From positions 379 to 64,378 of the forward strand of contig JAPOTS010000043.1 in the NCBI GenBank assembly GCA_026709065.1: a stretch of 64,000 nt of DNA, written 5' to 3'. This document shows positions 19,542-28,783 of this stretch, piece by piece. A model generated the notes under the pieces. That model saw only the letters and a program-made list of their open reading frames with translations. It had not been told where the DNA came from and did no database searches. Source of the stretch: Bacteroidota bacterium (GTDB lineage: Bacteria > Bacteroidota > Rhodothermia > Rhodothermales > Bin80). Made by a program: the position numbers and the translations under genes. Positions within the stretch are counted from its first letter, which is position 1. Each line of letters begins with the position of its first letter.

Positions 19542-20909
19542 TCAAAGAATATATTGGCTTAAGTCTCGATTGCGTGCTATAGAATCCAGTCGAGCATCAA
19601 CTTCATCCGCATCTAACTGAATGTGCAAGGGGTTAGTCCCGTCTGATTCAAACAAGAGATCCTCTAATAGCGTCGTCATAATCGTATGGAGCCTTCGGGC
19701 CCCGATGTTCTCAACTTCGTCATTTACTTTGGCAGCAGTATGGGCAATCCTCCGAACTGCGTCATCTGTGAACTCAAGTTCAACATTTTCGGCTTGTAAT
19801 AAGGCATGGTATTGTTTGAGGAGTGCATTTTTTGGTTGAGTAAGGATCAAGTAGAATTCCTCTTCAGTCAGACTGTGCATCTCCACACGAATGGGAAACC
19901 GCCCTTGCATTTCAGGGATCAGATCGCTAGGTTTGGCAACATGAAAGGCTCCACTGGCAATAAATAGAATATGATCCGTACGTACCATTCCATGTTTTGT
20001 ATTCACGGTAGCACCTTCAACAAGTGGGAGAAGATCTCGCTGAACACCTTCACGAGAGACATCGGGCCCGCCTCCGCTTTTTACGGTACGGCTAGCCACT
20101 TTATCTATCTCGTCAATGAAAACGATCCCAGAATTCTCTACGCGTTTGAGTGCTTCTTGGGTAACACTCTCCATATCAATGAGCTTGGAGGCTTCTTCCT
20201 TGGCGAGAAGTTCTTGGGCCTCGGAGATTTTGACGCGCCGTTTTTTACGTTGTTTTCCACCAATTCCCCCGATCATTTCCTGAATATTCATGCCCATTTC
20301 TTCCATCCCTAACGGGCCAAAGACTTGAAGCATGGAGTTGGAGTTATCTTTGTTGACTTCAATTTCAACTTCACGGTCAGACATTCGTCCATCTTCAAGG
20401 CGTTTACGAAATTTTGAACGTGTGGAGGATTCTTCCATCTGATCATCCTCCGGCTGGCCATTATTGGTTGAATCAGAGGGTTTGACGGTTTTAGGTGTCA
20501 ACATAACATCAAGAAGGCGTTCACGCGCCAATTCATGGGCGCGTTCCTGTACCAGTTGTTCGTGTTCTTGACGAACCATGCGAACCGCACGATCAGCCAA
20601 CTCACGAATCATGCTCTCTACATCACGGCCTACATATCCGACCTCTGTAAATTTTGTGGCTTCAACCTTGATGAATGGGGCATCAACTAGCTTTGCCAAC
20701 CTGCGGGCAATTTCTGTTTTTCCCACACCTGTAGGTCCCATCATGATAATATTGCTTGGCAAGATTTCATCTTGAAGGTCACCAGTTACTTGTTGGCGGC
20801 GCCAGCGGTTACGCAGAGCAATAGCTACAGTCCGTTTTGCCTCAGGTTGACCAATGATATAGCTATCAAGTGCTTCCACGATTTCTCGTGGTGTCAGATT
20901 AGAATTCAT
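19542..20909 (-). CDS. hslU: ATP-dependent protease ATPase subunit HslU
   Basis: TPREIV, GPTGVGKTEIARRLA, DEIDK, GVQRDLLP and NIGARRLHT motifs. Confidence 0.97.
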   Translation of the reverse strand: MNSNLTPREIVEALDSYIIGQPEAKRTVAIALRNRWRRQQVTGDLQDEILPSNIIMMGPTGVGKTEIARRLAKLVDAPFIKVEATKFTEVGYVGRDVESMIRELADRAVRMVRQEHEQLVQERAHELARERLLDVMLTPKTVKPSDSTNNGQPEDDQMEESSTRSKFRKRLEDGRMSDREVEIEVNKDNSNSMLQVFGPLGMEEMGMNIQEMIGGIGGKQRKKRRVKISEAQELLAKEEASKLIDMESVTQEALKRVENSGIVFIDEIDKVASRTVKSGGGPDVSREGVQRDLLPLVEGATVNTKHGMVRTDHILFIASGAFHVAKPSDLIPEMQGRFPIRVEMHSLTEEEFYLILTQPKNALLKQYHALLQAENVELEFTDDAVRRIAHTAAKVNDEVENIGARRLHTIMTTLLEDLLFESDGTNPLHIQLDADEVDARLDSIARNRDLSQYIL

Positions 20910-20927
20910 AGTGTTTTCTTAGGATCC

Positions 20928-21902
20928 TTAGTCAGCTCTGTACGGTTCTTCTTCAAGGTGATGTAGTTCTCTGCTAGTTTCTCTCAGATGAAGGTAAGCC
21001 TCCTCTTCTACATGCTGAGATTTTTCAATAGAATTCTGGGTTTCTATGACATTGGGATGCTGATAATTGATTAGAAGAACGGTATAATTATATGGGAATC
21101 CAGGGCGCTTCTCTAACCAAATTGCCCCAGTATTCTTTAATTGATTAATTAAGGGTTTTGGATCGTCATGGTCTGGGAGTAACTCAGACAGTTTGCGCAG
21201 TAGGGGGGTAAGATAAATATCTTCATATTGCCGAAAGAAATAAACAATAACATGGAGTGCAGCAAGGAGATGATTATCAGTAATTTGAATCGCTTCACTG
21301 GGTTGGGCCATCAGATCCTTATTTTGAGGTGCAGGTTGTGCAGAGGGCAGCACTTCAGAGTAGGGCTGATTCGTAATCAAAGTGTGAGCCGAAATAAAAC
21401 ACTCTGGGTTATGATCCATAGTTGAAAGATCAGGAGAAGTAAACGAGATCAAGGAGCTATGGATGTTTTTTTGTTGAATGTGATTAATCAGTGGAAGGTA
21501 GAGTCTATCCCCACTCACAATAAGAACGGCTGAGGGGTCTTGGTGATGGTTGAGTATTTCTAATAAATCGATACATATTTGAATTTCTGAAGCATTAGAT
21601 TGTAATGAAGCGGGAACAAATCGGGGTTCCATTCCAGCGAGGTATAGGTTTTGCTGGATCTGAGGTCCCGCAGAATCAATCATAGTAAAATCTGCATATG
21701 CTACAGAAGAGGTTAGTTGTAATTGGAGTTCATTTTTCACATAATAGACGCAGGCATTCAGCAATGAATTAATGACACTATTTGTGTCTACGTATTCATC
21801 ACGGTTCTCATCCACATAGTCATGTAGATTATCATAATCGACAAACATAAAGGCTTGGTGGTGTTTTCCATTTTGAGTGTGTGAATAATTTAGAGATTTC
21901 AT
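20928..21902 (-). CDS. NYN (LabA/DUF88, PIN-like) domain protein with C-terminal winged-helix-like region
   Basis: FVDYDNL, AYADF, NASEIQICID and IVSGD motifs. Confidence 0.75.
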   Translation of the reverse strand: MKSLNYSHTQNGKHHQAFMFVDYDNLHDYVDENRDEYVDTNSVINSLLNACVYYVKNELQLQLTSSVAYADFTMIDSAGPQIQQNLYLAGMEPRFVPASLQSNASEIQICIDLLEILNHHQDPSAVLIVSGDRLYLPLINHIQQKNIHSSLISFTSPDLSTMDHNPECFISAHTLITNQPYSEVLPSAQPAPQNKDLMAQPSEAIQITDNHLLAALHVIVYFFRQYEDIYLTPLLRKLSELLPDHDDPKPLINQLKNTGAIWLEKRPGFPYNYTVLLINYQHPNVIETQNSIEKSQHVEEEAYLHLRETSRELHHLEEEPYRAD

Positions 21903-21914
21903 AGACTTTATGGA

Positions 21915-22484
21915 TTAATTATTATGAGTATTGCCCGTCGATTCTATTTCTAAAACAGTTAAGGAATGATTTGTATATACGCAGATATCGGCAGCGACAT
22001 TTAAGGAATCCTTAACGATTTCTTTTGCCGTGAGTTCTGGAGCATGCTTTATCATAGCACGAGCGGCAGCAAGTGCGAATGAGCCGCCGCTCCCGATTGC
22101 CACGATATCATCATCGGGTTCAATGATATCACCACTACCGCTTAATAACAAAAGTCGGTCCACGGTGGCCACCGCTAACAGTGCTTCCAGCCGACGCAGG
22201 TAGCGGTCAGTCCTCCAATCTTTGGCAAGTTCCACGGATGCTCGTGTCAAGTTTCCGCCATATTGTTTAAGTTTATCTTCAAAACGTTCAAATAGTGTAA
22301 AGGCATCAGCGGTGGATCCAGCGAATCCAGCTAAAACTTTCCCATCATAAAGTAGTCGGACTTTTTGAGCATTGTGTTTCATGACCGTTGTTCCCAGTGT
22401 TGCTTGCCCGTCGGATCCAAGAGCAACTTTATCATGTCGACGAACACCAATTACAGTTGTACTATGTAACGATGATTTATTCAT
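21915..22484 (-). CDS. hslV: ATP-dependent protease subunit HslV
   Basis: [30 protein letters not shown] and ICVYTN motifs. Confidence 0.97.
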   Translation of the reverse strand: MNKSSLHSTTVIGVRRHDKVALGSDGQATLGTTVMKHNAQKVRLLYDGKVLAGFAGSTADAFTLFERFEDKLKQYGGNLTRASVELAKDWRTDRYLRRLEALLAVATVDRLLLLSGSGDIIEPDDDIVAIGSGGSFALAAARAMIKHAPELTAKEIVKDSLNVAADICVYTNHSLTVLEIESTGNTHNN

Positions 22485-23032
22485 AAATTAAAATTTCTTT
22501 ATCTATACTCATATTTACCCAATCATACGATGATTTTGATAAGATGTTTATTCATGGAGTAGGTTTATCGTTACCCTGCCCGAAATTTGAAAAAGAAAGA
22601 ATATCGGCTTTTGATATCGTGAAATATCATCTCAGGATATACTAATTGGTCAGTCATCGCTGTCAAAGACAATCTCCGTTGAGATTACCGATCCACTGAT
22701 TGAAGATGTTAATCCAAACGATTGCCGTCAAGTTAGCAGGGGGGGATGCAGGTGCCTATGTTAGACGGCAATCCGTTCCAATGGCTGGAAATCAATTTTG
22801 AATGGATGCATCATGATACAAATTTAGGTTATCACTCTGCGATGATTCGGGTGGAATTGTCGCTCAATCAAAAGTATCATAGGTAAAGAAAGAGTTCAAC
22901 TTTATTAGCTCACAACTGCCCAACCTATCAATCCAATGAAGTTTTTCAGGAAATGGAGGTTATCTCAGTCGTCCCAATTTTAAGGTAATAAAAATGTACA
23001 AGAAAGATGAAGAAGACTAACTGCTGACGGAT

Positions 23033-24034
23033 TTATTCCTTAATAACTTGTTGGCTATTGCTGTATGATGATGTCAAGAGAATCAGACCTCCTATAGATA
23101 GATAGAGGATTAATTGGGCCCCATGAACAAAGACGGCATAGGCGGTGGCGCCGGATTGATCAATTCCATAGAGTGCGGTTAATGTCAAAATTGTCAGAAA
23201 ATGAAAGGAGCCCGCACCACCTGGTGTGGGAACAACAATCCCAAGCGTACCAATGAACATGATGGCCATGGCATCCCAGTATGATAATGCTCCAACGCCT
23301 TCTAACTCAAACATGACGAGAGGAATGTAGGCCATCAGAGCATAGAATAACCACATCAATACTGTTGTCCAGATCAGTCGACTGCGGAACCGAGTCTGAT
23401 AAATCGTTTTGAGACCATCTGTAAATTTTCTCAACCATACAATGAGACGAATTTTCATGCGAGAGGATGGATTCAAACGAAACCATCCACTAACCATAAC
23501 GATGATCACTAAGGACCCAATGGCAATCCATAACCATGGTACATCGGGTATTAACATTACATCAGAAATTACGTCAAAACGTTCACGAAGAATATATACA
23601 GTGACAATGAGTCCTATGCTGAGTACAAAAAGATCAATTATTCGCTCAACAGCCACAGTGCCCAAAAGAGATGAAAACGAGGTTTTGTGTTTCGCTGATA
23701 CATACGTACATCTTGCAATCTCGCCTGCGCGAGGCAAGACATAATTAGCCATATAGCCCACCATTAAGGAAGCAAATAGATGGGATATAGGAATGTGAGA
23801 AGAAGCTTTGTCATTAATGGCAGTGACCAAAGCATGCCATCTGATGGCTCGAATCAAATGACTGATTAATGTGAATGCCAAAAGAAGAGGAATCCATAAA
23901 TAGTTACCTGTGCGTATAGAGTCCCAAAATTCGTCGAAATTAATTCCACGCAAAGATAACCAAATCAATAGCACAGCCAGAGCAATAGAGGCAGTGCGAA
24001 AAATAAGCTTTCGTGTACCTGTAGAAATAGTCAC
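23033..24034 (-). CDS. Lysylphosphatidylglycerol synthase TM-domain (flippase-like) protein
   Basis: RAIRW, GYMANYVLPRAGE, GTVAVERIID and PTPGGAG motifs. Confidence 0.88.
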   Translation of the reverse strand: MTISTGTRKLIFRTASIALAVLLIWLSLRGINFDEFWDSIRTGNYLWIPLLLAFTLISHLIRAIRWHALVTAINDKASSHIPISHLFASLMVGYMANYVLPRAGEIARCTYVSAKHKTSFSSLLGTVAVERIIDLFVLSIGLIVTVYILRERFDVISDVMLIPDVPWLWIAIGSLVIIVMVSGWFRLNPSSRMKIRLIVWLRKFTDGLKTIYQTRFRSRLIWTTVLMWLFYALMAYIPLVMFELEGVGALSYWDAMAIMFIGTLGIVVPTPGGAGSFHFLTILTLTALYGIDQSGATAYAVFVHGAQLILYLSIGGLILLTSSYSNSQQVIKE

Positions 24035-24678
24035 GATCGTAAGTCAATGACTTCTACTCCCTCGGGTGGAGAGAATTCAAAAGTTTCTGGTGGGAGAGCG
24101 ATACCAACAAGAATATTACTAAGTGTGATTTCGGTACGGGTTGAACTCTGATTCATTGTCACCATTTTAGTAATCATCCTGTCGCTTTCACGGATCCATA
24201 ACGTGAGGGTAGAAATTGAAAAATCTGTTTGTGTAGGATACAGCTCAAGACGAAAGTGAGGAATTCCATTTAGGATTTCATAATCTGATGTGCGGGCATC
24301 AAAAAATTCTTCATAAGAGCGCAGTAATGTGCCTGGTGAATAGGCTAAACCCTCAGCGTCAATCGTCGTAATCAGAACTTGATTCTCCTGAGGTCGATAG
24401 ATCCACGCTTCATTATCAATTCCAGTAATGATTTCTGTCAATGTTTCAATTCGGTATTGATTTTGATGGAGTTGGATGGATCCAGTGACAGATTGCGATC
24501 CCTCCCAATATTCAGATGTGGATGTATGCACAAATGAAGCGACAATCGGGTCTTGATATCGACTAGTCACCTGCTGCAACAGTGATGATGGAGAAGGTAC
24601 CTGAGCAAAGGCAGTTAAGGGGATAATACTCCCGATGAATAAGAAATTACAGATCAAAAGAGCTATCTGCAGATTCAT
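24031..24678 (-). CDS. lolA: Outer-membrane lipoprotein carrier LolA family
   Basis: Signal peptide, WIYRPQENQVLI, C-terminal FEFSPPEGVEVIDLR. Confidence 0.8.
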   Translation of the reverse strand: MNLQIALLICNFLFIGSIIPLTAFAQVPSPSSLLQQVTSRYQDPIVASFVHTSTSEYWEGSQSVTGSIQLHQNQYRIETLTEIITGIDNEAWIYRPQENQVLITTIDAEGLAYSPGTLLRSYEEFFDARTSDYEILNGIPHFRLELYPTQTDFSISTLTLWIRESDRMITKMVTMNQSSTRTEITLSNILVGIALPPETFEFSPPEGVEVIDLRS

Positions 24679-25307
24679 TCTGGTATTATAGTTTGATTAT
24701 GAATGTTATCGTAAATCAGCGCGCTTTTCTATTGGTATAAAATGAATCATTGAATTACCTTAATGGAAACTGCCAATGATTATGACGGGAGGAAAATATG
24801 ACATTGATATTAGGCTGATTCTTCTCCTATACATCCAACAAATTGAAGCTTAATAATGTAAGGAACTTGAGCGGTTACTCTCCCGAAGGGAGATTTATCA
24901 TTCAACTCTGGGGAAACGCCATAAAGAGATAGTCCCTGGTAAATAAAGATACGTTGGAGTATTTGTGGAATCATATTTCTTAGTAACTGATCGTGTTTAT
25001 GACATAGCGCTTCATCGCGAAAAACTGTTAAGCATTCTGAGGAGGTGCTTTATCTTAAATTTTAAGTAGATTGAATCAAGAGTTTGGTTTGGTCTGATCA
25101 GCAGAAGACACTATAGACTCCTCTCATTCTTTAGGATCCTAACAATATGATTCTCGCCATTCGGATTAACCTTGATCAAATGGTCTGATCCAATATGCTT
25201 TTAAGTAACTTATGTGAAAGATAGTATACCTATGAACGAATTATGATCAATATTGATCATAAAGAATCAACACATTATATATTGCAGGATCGTAGCCACC
25301 ACATGCT

Positions 25308-25847
25308 GTGAAACGATTTATAGATCAAATTGTTATTTGTCCAGCGAAGTCTATTAACAGTTCAGTGCTAATTTCTAACTTAACGATTGTATGTGGAGGC
25401 CAAACGGGGGTTGATCGCGCATCGCTTGATTCTGCAATCAAATGGGGTATCTCTTATCGTGGATGGTGTCCAGCAGGTCGCTGGGCCGAAGATGGCTTGA
25501 TTGATGAGCGATATGAACTACGGATGACTCCATCGGAGGATCCTGCACAGCGAACTGTGTGGAATGTCCGTGAAAGTAATGGGGTATTGATTATTGGGTC
25601 AATGTATCTGTCAGCGGGAACAAATCTCGCTCATAAGACAGCCAAGGATCTTGATATTCCTGTCATTCATGCTCAATTGGATCATGAAGTTCCATTGGTG
25701 ATCAAATGGTTGAAGACCTTGGATGCTCCTATCGTGAATATTGCAGGCCCCCGTGAAAGTGAGGATCCTGGGATCTACTTTAAATCATTACTCTTTTTAG
25801 ATGAGTTGATCCCTACAATCAAGAATGACGATCTTCCATCACATTAG
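25308..25847 (+). CDS. Putative molybdenum carrier protein (SLOG superfamily)
   Basis: GGQTGVDRA, GWCPAGRWAEDG, RTVWNVRES and NIAGPRES motifs. Confidence 0.88.
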   Translation: MKRFIDQIVICPAKSINSSVLISNLTIVCGGQTGVDRASLDSAIKWGISYRGWCPAGRWAEDGLIDERYELRMTPSEDPAQRTVWNVRESNGVLIIGSMYLSAGTNLAHKTAKDLDIPVIHAQLDHEVPLVIKWLKTLDAPIVNIAGPRESEDPGIYFKSLLFLDELIPTIKNDDLPSH

Positions 25848-26300
25848 TAACGCTTCCTTGATCATCCGTTTCTGTTGATGGGAGATCATCAATTCCGCTA
25901 TAAAACCGTATAAGTGGGCTTCGGTGGTTGTAGATGCTGGATGCACGGTTCAGCTAGAATGCCATTGGCAGACTACTCAATCAAGTATCGGTGATGGCCA
26001 GGCACCATTGATTGACGGAATGTCTAAGATAGTGCGATGTTCATGGTTCAGTTGCGTAGTTATAAAGCATGTGATGGAATGAGTTTAGAGGGGTTTGGAG
26101 TGTCGGTCGTTGCACTGGCAACGGTAGGGGCTATACCCATTCCTGCTGTGTTGATTAACTGACTCAATAATAGCGAATGGTACAGCGACGGATCAATAAA
26201 TCTTAGATCGTTGATGAATATTCAGGGAAAAAGAAAATATCCATATGATTATCCCAGACTATATGTATCATTTCAAATCAATAAAATTCCCACCCTACGG

Positions 26301-26318
26301 CTGCCCTGTAGTCATGAA
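26301..26318. repeat. Exact copy of the IS4-family terminal inverted repeat at the 3' end of the tnpB remnant
   Basis: CTGCCCTGTAGTCATGAA is identical to 30410-30427; the match extends to 22/23 bp (GACGC vs TACGC). Confidence 0.9.
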
Positions 26319-26422
26319 GACGCAAAACGTACTCCACCAAATCCGAATATTCGGGATTCATCGCCACATTCCAGACGGGGTCTCCTTCAGAAATATTTAG
26401 TACTTCCAGATGATGCTTGATC

Positions 26423-27400
26423 CTAGGCATCTGCTGCTGAATTTTGTGCCGGTCAATGTCCGCATGCTTGGCAACTCCACGCTGGAATGGCGTCATTTTT
26501 TTTGAATCATAGGCGTTTGCGCCTAAAATCTCTTCTGTTCTTCTTCTGATTCCGCTTCCACTTATTGATCTTCCGCTTGGTACGTTTGAACCGTCCAGAT
26601 CCTTTCTGTTGGCGGGCCAACTTTCGTTGCCATCTAAGAATCTTGATCTCTTTATCCGTTAAGTTAGGTAAGGATAGAATCTCCTGCTTTTCATCAGTAC
26701 AGGAATAAGAAATGTTATAGGCGTTCAAGTCAACACCAATTTCTTTGCCGTCATCTATCTTTTCTGGTAAATCAAAGACTTTATAGAGAACGGAGATCTT
26801 CCAGTATTGACCATCTTTCCTTACAGTAACTTCAATGGGCTCTCCGTTTGGATAAGGATTGCATCTTTTCTAAGTATCTTCTTCCAGCCAACCTTTTGGA
26901 TGTAGATACTGTCGTTAACCATCTTGAACGTCCCTGTTGGAGCCGTAAACGATTTATGATTATACTGGGCCTTTTGCGAAACCTCCCAGTCAACACTAAA
27001 AAATACGTCACAGGTGCTTCAGAGCAATATTTCTACGAAAACTCTGATGTTTTGCAAAAGCCTCCTTATTGTGGAATGTGGGGTGATCACGTAATCCTTT
27101 GAAGAAAGCATGCCATGCCTCTGCCTGCCCTTTTAAGGTGTAACGAACAATGTTAGTAGAGTACTTAGACAACCAATCCGTTTCTTTACGCAGAGGCGGA
27201 TATCGTTTAATTAACCAGTAAAAAGATAGCGAAGGATTTTCAGTATCACATTCCAGACAAACAGACATGCTCTAACCAATCCATGCAATAACATGGCTTA
27301 TATTGGGTACCAGAACCTAAACGATACTCTATTCCACGATAAGCAGTGGAACAGGATGTACCAGATGAATTACAAGCCTTTTTAACAGGCATGATATCAT
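26423..27400 (-). pseudogene. tnpB: Decayed TnpB (RNA-guided nuclease) gene with several frameshifts and an internal deletion
   Basis: Fragments in different frames: IEYRL, GLVRACLFVWN, LRKETDWL...AWHAFFKG, WKISVLY...EIGVDLN (RuvC-I), RWQRKLARQQKGSGRFKR, HADI..AQN (RuvC-III); RuvC-II and the Zn finger are not found. Confidence 0.85.
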
Positions 27401-27422
27401 GTGCAAGTTGATGTTATGGTAA

Positions 27423-27455
27423 ATAATAGGGTAGATATGCAGTCTATCCTATTGT
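27423..27455. other. Hairpin just upstream of tnpB (candidate element left-end or promoter structure)
   Basis: ATAATAGGGTAGA-7 nt loop-TCTATCCTATTGT, 11/13 Watson-Crick pairs plus 2 G-T. Confidence 0.4.
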
Positions 27456-27539
27456 GTCTGTTATTTTGCTCCCCCAAATAGATGGTTCCATCATTTGTTA
27501 CTTTCGGATATAATTTTCTTTAATATCTTCTGACCGTGA

Positions 27540-28613
27540 AAGATGTGACGTGTGATCTGACTGGAAAAAAGTGCTATATGATCCAGTAGAGCGAGATGCC
27601 CTGTCTGGCTTTCTGAATCTTATCCAACCTGCCCCGAACGTCCGAAGACACATACTGTCCGTTCAAGCGGGCCTTGATCTCCTGCTCCTTTTCGGGAGAA
27701 CTTAAACCTTTTTCCAGTATCTCGTGGAGAAATTTCTGTTGCCTCCATTCAGGGACTCCAAGTGCCGGTGCATGGCGAACACAGGTTTTAATTCAACAAG
27801 CGGTCGCTTTCAGAGTAACCACAGATCGGTAGGGTACTCTACATGGGTCGCGACACCATGCTGTCCATATGACATTTGGCCGATCGCCATTTTTGTGACC
27901 GACCACTTGATGCCCCACCTTAATCATCAACTGATCGAGGTGCTGTAATAAGGTTATGCTCACAGAGGAGATTTTGTCTGGAAGGGGTTGGCTTTAATAA
28001 TCCTTCTGTTCTTGGACCATGTCAATCATCAGACGCAGACACTTACTTCATTCGCCCATGTAACTAACCGAAGGTAGGTGCAATTCAACTTCCTCCTGTT
28101 TGATGGCCGCCAATAGGATCACAACCCAAAATTTCATGCTAGTCGTCCATGTTTTTTCCTGACCTTCGGATTGTGGGTTTTCAATAGTGCATCCAACTTT
28201 TTGCTTACTTCAGGATGAAGCAAGAGCAACTGGATAGCATACAGGAACACATCAAAGGGTTCGCGCTTCCCAGATCCAGTTCAATGTCCTCAATGGGGGC
28301 ACTGTTCAGCGATAACTGGTGTGTGAAGATTTGTCACATGAGTTGAAGAAGTTTCAAAAGTCTGAAGATGCGTGCTTTAACATGTCAGACATCCTGCGAA
28401 TTGAGACGAATAAAAATATTTTTGATCGAAACATGCGTCTCAATGGCTTCTGAGCAAATGATGACCAAGTGGAGAAAGATGGAAATCCAACGATCCACAA
28501 AGGCCAGAAAAAAAACTTCGCGAAAAAATAGAGACTCAAATGAGACAAAAAAACACCCATAGAGGCTGGAAGGCACTTTATTTTGAATACTGGGTGTTAT
28601 CGTATAGGCACTA
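27540..28613 (-). pseudogene. Degraded ISNCY (ISDol1-like) transposase remnant with possible left end
   Basis: From ATG 28339: M*QIFTHQLSLNSAPIEDIELDLGS, then KKHGR, KFWVVILLA, LNCTYLRLVTWANE and THVEYPTDLWLL in shifting frames; TAGTGCCTATACGATAA (28613-28597) resembles an IS end; downstream limit approximate. Confidence 0.7.
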
Positions 28614-28783
28614 TATAACGGGAGTTTCCAGTAATAATTGCAAACTTGCGGAGAATCTGAACCTTTCCAGAGACTACAGGTTCAAAGCGGGTTTTTTGGG
28701 GTTTGTTTGAACATCAACTAATTTCGGACAACCCTGGCTTTTTCGTAATAACTTATCAACAAACCATTATTTCCCGATGAAAC

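Noticed and set aside
24879-24895. TCTCCC-GAA-GGGAGA hairpin as part of a riboswitch (for example c-di-AMP)
   Set aside because: Only one short stem; the other conserved elements are absent
25308-25847. SLOG (molybdenum carrier) gene as part of the neighbouring island or defence system
   Set aside because: It lies outside the TIR boundary, is a common stand-alone gene, and has no linked effector
26423-27400. Functional TnpB/Cas12-like nuclease or TldR-type repressor
   Set aside because: Multiple frameshifts and loss of RuvC-II and the Zn finger; no adjacent CRISPR array
28354-28576. Three short overlapping ORFs
   Set aside because: Low-complexity translations within the non-coding left end of the ISNCY remnant
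28676-28684. GACTACAGG-like partial match to the IS4 TIR inside a TGAACCT/AGGTTCA hairpin
   Set aside because: Only about 9 bp match and the terminal GCAG is missing; compatible with chance
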